In this document: positions 61,716 through 64,000 of the stretch, piece after piece
Position numbering within the stretch: position 1 is the stretch's first letter
Layout: every line of letters starts with the position of its first letter
From: Planctomycetota bacterium
Lineage (GTDB): Bacteria > Planctomycetota > MHYJ01 > JACQXL01
Assembly (NCBI GenBank): GCA_043801445.1
Contig: JAZDMB010000030.1
Location: forward strand, 78,178-142,177
Reading direction: 5' to 3'
DNA length: 64,000 nucleotides
Translations under genes and position numbers: made by a program
The notes under the pieces: model-generated
Seen by the model: the letters and a program-made list of their open reading frames with translations, nothing else
What the model was told of the DNA's origin: nothing
Database searches by the model: none

Positions 61716-61759
61716 ATTTTCAGACCTTTCTCGTACTCATTTATTATTAATTTTTATAA

Positions 61760-61897
61760 AGATTTTTTATGTTTTTTCTTGACAAGTTTATTTACATACT
61801 GTAAATTACATCATGTAAAAAATATTTTAATAATATTTTTTATTTTTCTTGACATTTTTACACATTGTAATTTATACTATGTAAAGAATAAATAATA
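61760..61897 (+). promoter_or_regulatory. tandemly duplicated promoter/operator unit (2 x ~60 bp: TTCTTGACA-N17-TAAATT/TATACT with paired TTACA-N3-TGTAA palindromes)
   Basis: 'ttttttcttgacaagtttatttacatactgtaaattacatcatgtaaa' and 'tttttcttgacatttttacacattgtaatttatactatgtaaag' both visible. Each has a consensus -35 TTGACA and two TTACA..TGTAA inverted repeats. Confidence 0.55.
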
Positions 61898-62161
61898 ATG
61901 ATTATGAAAAATAAAAGGGCATTTGAATACCAGCCTAGAAAATTATATAGGATATCTGAAATCCTTTATTTTTTACAGCAGGGCGGCACAAGAATTTCAA
62001 GACAGACTCTTCATAATTATACTTTAATGGGATTAATTTCTGAAGATTGCCGTACACAAGCCGGTCATCGCTTATATGATGCAAACGTTTTTAAACGTCT
62101 AAGAAAAATAGAACTTTTAAAAAGACACAGAACATTATCAGAAATAAAAAAAATAATATAG
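61898..62161 (+). CDS. small HTH DNA-binding protein (MerR/excisionase-like)
   Basis: 'YRISEILYFLQQGGTRISRQTLHNYTLMGLI' is an HTH-like pattern; 87 aa. Directly downstream of the duplicated operator-like promoter. Confidence 0.4.
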   Translation: MIMKNKRAFEYQPRKLYRISEILYFLQQGGTRISRQTLHNYTLMGLISEDCRTQAGHRLYDANVFKRLRKIELLKRHRTLSEIKKII

Positions 62162-62198
62162 GTATTGATAACGAGAGGATAAATGTGAAAGGAGATTT

Positions 62199-62972
62199 AT
62201 GAAAATAAACACAGAAAATTTAGAACTAATGTCTCTTTGGGGGAAATACAAGAAAACTTATCGTAAAGATTTTCGCAATCAACTAATAGAACATTATTTG
62301 CCTATAGTTAAGAATATTGCCGAGAGATTATCATTACATCTACCTAATTTTATTAATGTCGAAGATTTGATTAGTATGGGGGTACTTGGGTTATTTACTT
62401 CTATTAGGTCATTTAATTTGAAACGGGGTGTACGCTTTGAAACTTATTGTGCCAATAGAGTTCGTGGAGCTATGATAGATGGATTAAGAGAATCAGATTG
62501 GGTTCCTCGTCTGGTAAGAACGAAATCTCATCGATTAGAAAAAACATCCCGCTATTTAGAAAATGTCCTCTGTAGAAAACCGAATGATGTTGAAATTGCT
62601 AAAAAACTTAGAATTTCGTTGAATGAATATAACCGATTACGTCATGAATCAGTTGCAACTTCTATATTGCCTTTTGCTTATAAGGATGATGAGGACGAAA
62701 CCAATATGTTAACGTCTAATATTCTTGAAGACAATAAAAGTCCTGATAATTTGAAAAGGTTTTTAAATCGTCAAATAGTAGAAAATATTAAAAATAATCT
62801 TTCTAAAAAGGAACGGCTTGTTTTAGAAATGTATTATTATGAGGAAATGACAATGGATGAAATCGGTTACGTATTAGATATTACCGAATCACGTGTAAGT
62901 CAGATACTGGCAAATTTGATTAAACGATTGAAAACTTTGTTACAAAAGCATAAATATGAGTGGCTATCCTAA
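62199..62972 (+). CDS. fliA: FliA/WhiG-family (sigma-28-like) RNA polymerase sigma factor
   Basis: Region 2 'LIEHYLPIVKNIAERL...LISMGVLGLFTSIRSFNLKRGVRFETYCANRVRGAMIDGLRE'; region 4 'MTMDEIGYVLDITESRVSQILANLIKRL'. No flagellar genes in the window. Confidence 0.7.
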   Translation: MKINTENLELMSLWGKYKKTYRKDFRNQLIEHYLPIVKNIAERLSLHLPNFINVEDLISMGVLGLFTSIRSFNLKRGVRFETYCANRVRGAMIDGLRESDWVPRLVRTKSHRLEKTSRYLENVLCRKPNDVEIAKKLRISLNEYNRLRHESVATSILPFAYKDDEDETNMLTSNILEDNKSPDNLKRFLNRQIVENIKNNLSKKERLVLEMYYYEEMTMDEIGYVLDITESRVSQILANLIKRLKTLLQKHKYEWLS

Positions 62973-63780
62973 TAAACCGCATATATTATTAACTAATGAT
63001 GATGGATTAGGAAAATCTGAAGGATTGAAAAGTTTGTATTTATCGTTAAGTAAACGGTTCACAGTGACAGTGGTAGCACCATTCTATGAACAAAGTGGCA
63101 AAAGCCAATCTATAACCATTTTGTCTCCTATCTTTATAGATAAAATTAATAATGATAAAAAAGGAGTTGATTATATATATGCTGTAAAAGGCACTCCAAC
63201 TGATTGTGTCAAGATTGCTTTCAGTTATATACTAAAAAGACTACCAGATTTTGTTGTTTCAGGTATTAATTTAGGTGCTAATGTCGGATTAGATGTTTTT
63301 TATTCCGGCACTGTTGCAGCAGCAATTGAATCCTCCTTTTGGGGTGTTACTTCATTTGCGGTATCAGTAGAAAAACATACTCATCAGAAAAAAAAGCTAG
63401 ATTTAAGAAAAATATCTCAAATCGCCGGAAAGGTTATCAGATCACTTATTAAAACTAATCCACCCAGAGGAAGCATTTTTAATATTAATATCCCCTCAAA
63501 TACATCCTCTATCAAAGGTATTAAATATACTCGACAAGATTTACGATTAATCAAAGATAATTTTATCAAAGGCATAGACCCGAGAGGCAGACATTATTAT
63601 TGGATGACATCAGGTCATAGAACCATTTCTCCAACTGATTCGCCTGATGATAAATTTTTATCAGATATAATGACTCTAAAATCCGGCTATATTTCAATCA
63701 CGCCCCTTAAAGCAAATTTTACAAACGATACATTCCTTACTAACCATCCTCAAATTAACCCCGGATTATTCATACGTTAA
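62956..63780 (+). CDS. surE: 5'/3'-nucleotidase SurE
   Basis: 'ILLTNDDGLGKSEGLKSLYLSL...VVAPFYEQSGKSQSIT' SurE N-terminal signature (DDG motif). Confidence 0.85.
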   Translation: MSGYPNKPHILLTNDDGLGKSEGLKSLYLSLSKRFTVTVVAPFYEQSGKSQSITILSPIFIDKINNDKKGVDYIYAVKGTPTDCVKIAFSYILKRLPDFVVSGINLGANVGLDVFYSGTVAAAIESSFWGVTSFAVSVEKHTHQKKKLDLRKISQIAGKVIRSLIKTNPPRGSIFNINIPSNTSSIKGIKYTRQDLRLIKDNFIKGIDPRGRHYYWMTSGHRTISPTDSPDDKFLSDIMTLKSGYISITPLKANFTNDTFLTNHPQINPGLFIR

Positions 63781-64000
63781 TCTGTTTAAAAGCGGATAAA
63801 TCGTAGAGGGAGGATTAACGATATGGTGCATCGAGACAAGCCATATATTTTTCAAGGCAATATTTACTTGATATATATTGAAATTATCCTGACCACTACC
63901 TCCGCACCTTTGCGGCGAATAATGTATGGTATGTAAGATAGGTGGTTTTGTTATAACAGGGTTATTGGGTGATTTTTATTGATTATACCCAAATTATCAG

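Overview
The window is a low-GC (~38-40%) bacterial chromosomal segment, mostly core genes on the + strand. Housekeeping content: coaE; rho; the pyrR-pyrB-pyrC pyrimidine operon; a TsaA/TrmO-family methyltransferase; a PurF-like amidophosphoribosyltransferase; ispF and ispH of the MEP pathway; a MarR-TolC-MFP-RND efflux operon; cysS; ruvC, ruvA and a DnaQ-like exonuclease; etfBA; dnaG-rpoD; iPGM; gatC; a GH57 glycoside hydrolase paired with a DUF4912 protein; a UXS-like epimerase; an ornithine cyclodeaminase-like gene; a PAS-GGDEF protein; a FliA-like sigma factor; and surE. There is no rRNA or CRISPR, and I found no convincing tRNA. The coding sequence is ordinary. What stands out is the non-coding and ORFan architecture, listed here in descending order of interest:
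- An ORFan membrane protein (48648-49337) sits between two inverted arrays of degenerate short tandem repeats whose inner edges carry G-run and GGGGGTATACCCCC palindromes.
- A second ORFan (18752-19531) is visibly more GC-rich than its surroundings, has a multi-hairpin leader, and follows about 0.9 kb of compositionally odd non-coding DNA.
- A roughly 170-nt element with covarying hairpins occurs in two copies (26.5 kb and 53.8 kb).
- A roughly 110-140-nt hairpin repeat with compensatory stem changes occurs three times, each at a gene 3' end.
- CTGTGG-word motifs recur in intergenic regions and sit a fixed ~11-13 nt upstream of several start codons that lack a Shine-Dalgarno sequence.
- A tandem pair of TPR-module paralogs carries swapped C-terminal domains (RCC1 propeller versus an unknown domain), next to a YVTN beta-propeller lipoprotein.
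- The PurF homologue has Ser in place of the catalytic Cys.
- One gene has an in-frame TAG followed by a coding-like extension.
- A duplicated promoter/operator unit lies upstream of an HTH gene and the fliA-like sigma gene.
- A putative c-di-GMP module combines an MshEN-like small protein, an HATPase-like protein and PAS-GGDEF.
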